Below are positions 61,228-64,000 of a stretch of DNA of 64,000 nt, piece by piece. Numbering within the stretch: position 1 is the stretch's first letter; the number at the start of each line of letters is the position of its first letter. The position numbers and the translations under genes are program-made. The stretch comes from the human T2T-CHM13v2.0 reference genome, Homo sapiens. The stretch is taken from NCBI RefSeq assembly GCF_009914755.1, contig NC_060928.1; one strand, 5' to 3'. The notes beneath the pieces were generated by a model. It was not told where the DNA came from. It did no database searches and worked only from the letters and a program-made list of their open reading frames with translations.

Positions 61228-61450
61228 TGGGGAGGGGGGAGGGGGGAGGGATAGCATTAGGAGATATACCTAATGCTAGATGACGAGTTAATGGGTGCAG
61301 CACACAAACATGGCACATGTATACATATGTAACAAGCCTGCACCTTGTGCACATGTACCCTAAAGCTTAAAGTATAATAATAAAATAAATAAATAAATAA
61401 ATCATGCTACTATAAAGACACACACACAAAAAAAATAAAAATAAAAACAA
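61228..61450 (+). mobile_element. Very short L1PA 3' end with a double A-tail
   Basis: GGGAGGGATAGCATTAGGAGATATACC...AAAGTATAATAA, (TAAA)n, ~30 nt of L1 ORF2-like sequence, second A-tail. Confidence 0.9.
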
Positions 61451-61509
61451 GTAAAAATACCCATTAGCACATATTATTAAATTGCCTGCTTTGAAATCTG
61501 CAATTTACT

Positions 61510-61835
<326 letters not shown>

Positions 61836-62310
61836 CTAACTTTGAAAAGTGGTTTAATGCCTCAACACATCAGTTATTAATTCAAAGAATGATAATAATA
61901 GCAGCAACAAAAGGTATAAGCAAGAGCAGCCGCCTTTACTGAACACTTACTTTGAACTGGCCAAGCTGTTTGGTACTTCTCATTTTGCAGATGTCATTCC
62001 AGAAAAAAGAAGCTGAGACACAATGAAGTTAAATCAACTGACTTAGGTCAAATGCCTTGGATGTAGAGCCCAAGGCAGGATTTGTATACACATGGCTTTT
62101 GAAGGGAGTGCTCTCAAGGCATGGTAGGAATGAGATGTAGGAAGGTAAAAGAGGGGAAGGGATAGGAGCTAAGATTTTTCAAGGGAAGTTTTGCTCTAGT
62201 CTGATCCATGGAGATCTCCGAGGATAAACAGGAAAGCAGAGTTTTTCCTGTCTTAAGACAAGAGAATGGACTTAAATATACCTGTTCCTGTTACTGCGCA
62301 TGGGGTGCCC

Positions 62311-62311
<1 letters not shown>

Positions 62312-62344
<33 letters not shown>

Positions 62345-62354
62345 GTGTGTGTGT
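62312..62354. repeat. (TG)n microsatellite
   Basis: Run interrupted by one CG. Confidence 0.95.
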
Positions 62355-63106
62355 AGCCTTGGCTGTAGTTACCCAAAAGTAATCCTGCAGAAAATGTAAC
62401 CGACGTGAGCACTTGGGGGTGCCCACTTCTGGGGGATGAACACACCCACCGGGAGAAGGGATTCCAAGAGACCTGAGCAGACCCCAACAGCCTCTGCTAC
62501 AGCTGTTGGCCCAAATCGCATATATAGTAAGGGGAATATCTGAGATTCAAACTTCAATAGTTCTGATGCCTATATCAGTGCCTTTAATGCCCCACCTTTT
62601 TCAGGCAGTGCCACATTTGATACACACACATAAATGTACAATATCCCCATTATGGCTTAGGTTGATCCATTAGCAAATATTTTTTAAATTAAATATTAAT
62701 GCAAACTAGGATAAGAAAGTCAAGCCTATTTGGCACCCTTCTTTAATATTTTAATGAACTGATACAAATATTTTTTAATTACATGCATTATTTAAATAGT
62801 GTCTGAGGAACTTGGAGGTTGCTTGAAAAGGTCTCCCAAAATTTTAAATATTCCCCACTCCATATCTTATTTAGACTAATATATTTAAATTCATTCTGTG
62901 AATGAAGATTTGCTCAGAACCTCAGTTTGAACAGTGTGCTAATCACCATATGTTCCAAATGAGTCACTCTGAATTTCTGAAGAATTGTTATATATCTTTA
63001 GTTTTCATTTTATCAGAGATAAAACCATAAAGGCAAGAAAAATTTGATGTTAGGAAGCAGTTGATGAGCCAACTGCCTCCCAAAGGAAAACAATGCCATG
63101 AAACTA

Positions 63107-63610
<504 letters not shown>

Positions 63611-64000
63611 TCATCCATTTTCATCCTTCTCCCAATCCAGCTTCTTTGCCATTTACATGTAGATACACAGGGGAATTTCCATGTCCTCCACTTATCTTGG
63701 TTACCGCTTTTTTTCTCCTTATCTTTCCTATTTTGAATGCCAGCCTCACAGCTATCAACTTTCAAATAAGTAGCCAAGAGGTCTGAATACTTGGAGTAAA
63801 TAGAATGTTTGATTGGACAACATTGTGTATGCATTTCACTGAGTAAAATGCTAGTCTGGATACCTGCCTATGATAAGGCCACCGTTCCCTATTAATATGA
63901 AGCAACAATTGGTTGAGCAGGGGAGAATTAACATGGCCAAACATGTTATATAGTAGACAGCACCTCTAACTGGTCACATATTTAAGCCACACAATGGCAA

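Overview
This is non-coding, AT-rich primate genomic DNA (AluY/AluS/AluJ and L1PA elements indicate a catarrhine, probably human). It looks intronic or intergenic, with no recognisable host gene, RNA gene or CpG island. It is a mosaic of interspersed repeats: a 2.9-kb 5'-truncated L1PA with a 16-bp TSD and a disrupted ORF2, several shorter L1 pieces, about 16 Alus, MaLR/ERVL solo LTRs, hAT and Tc1/mariner relics, old MIR/L2 fragments and microsatellites. The only ORFs with recognisable homology are dead L1 ORF2 fragments. I found no novel gene system. The best unexplained structure is rearrangement scars: four local non-tandem direct duplications (about 390, 108, 87 and 35 bp), one of which splits a MIR so its direction can be inferred; an internal L1 ORF2 fragment without tail or TSD; a twin-primed L1 inversion; a short L1 with an apparent 3' transduction of L1 sequence; and a (TA)/(CA) repeat punctuated by eight CCACAGGTGG units. 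Repeat subfamily names come from recalled consensus sequences and old MIR/L2 boundaries are approximate.
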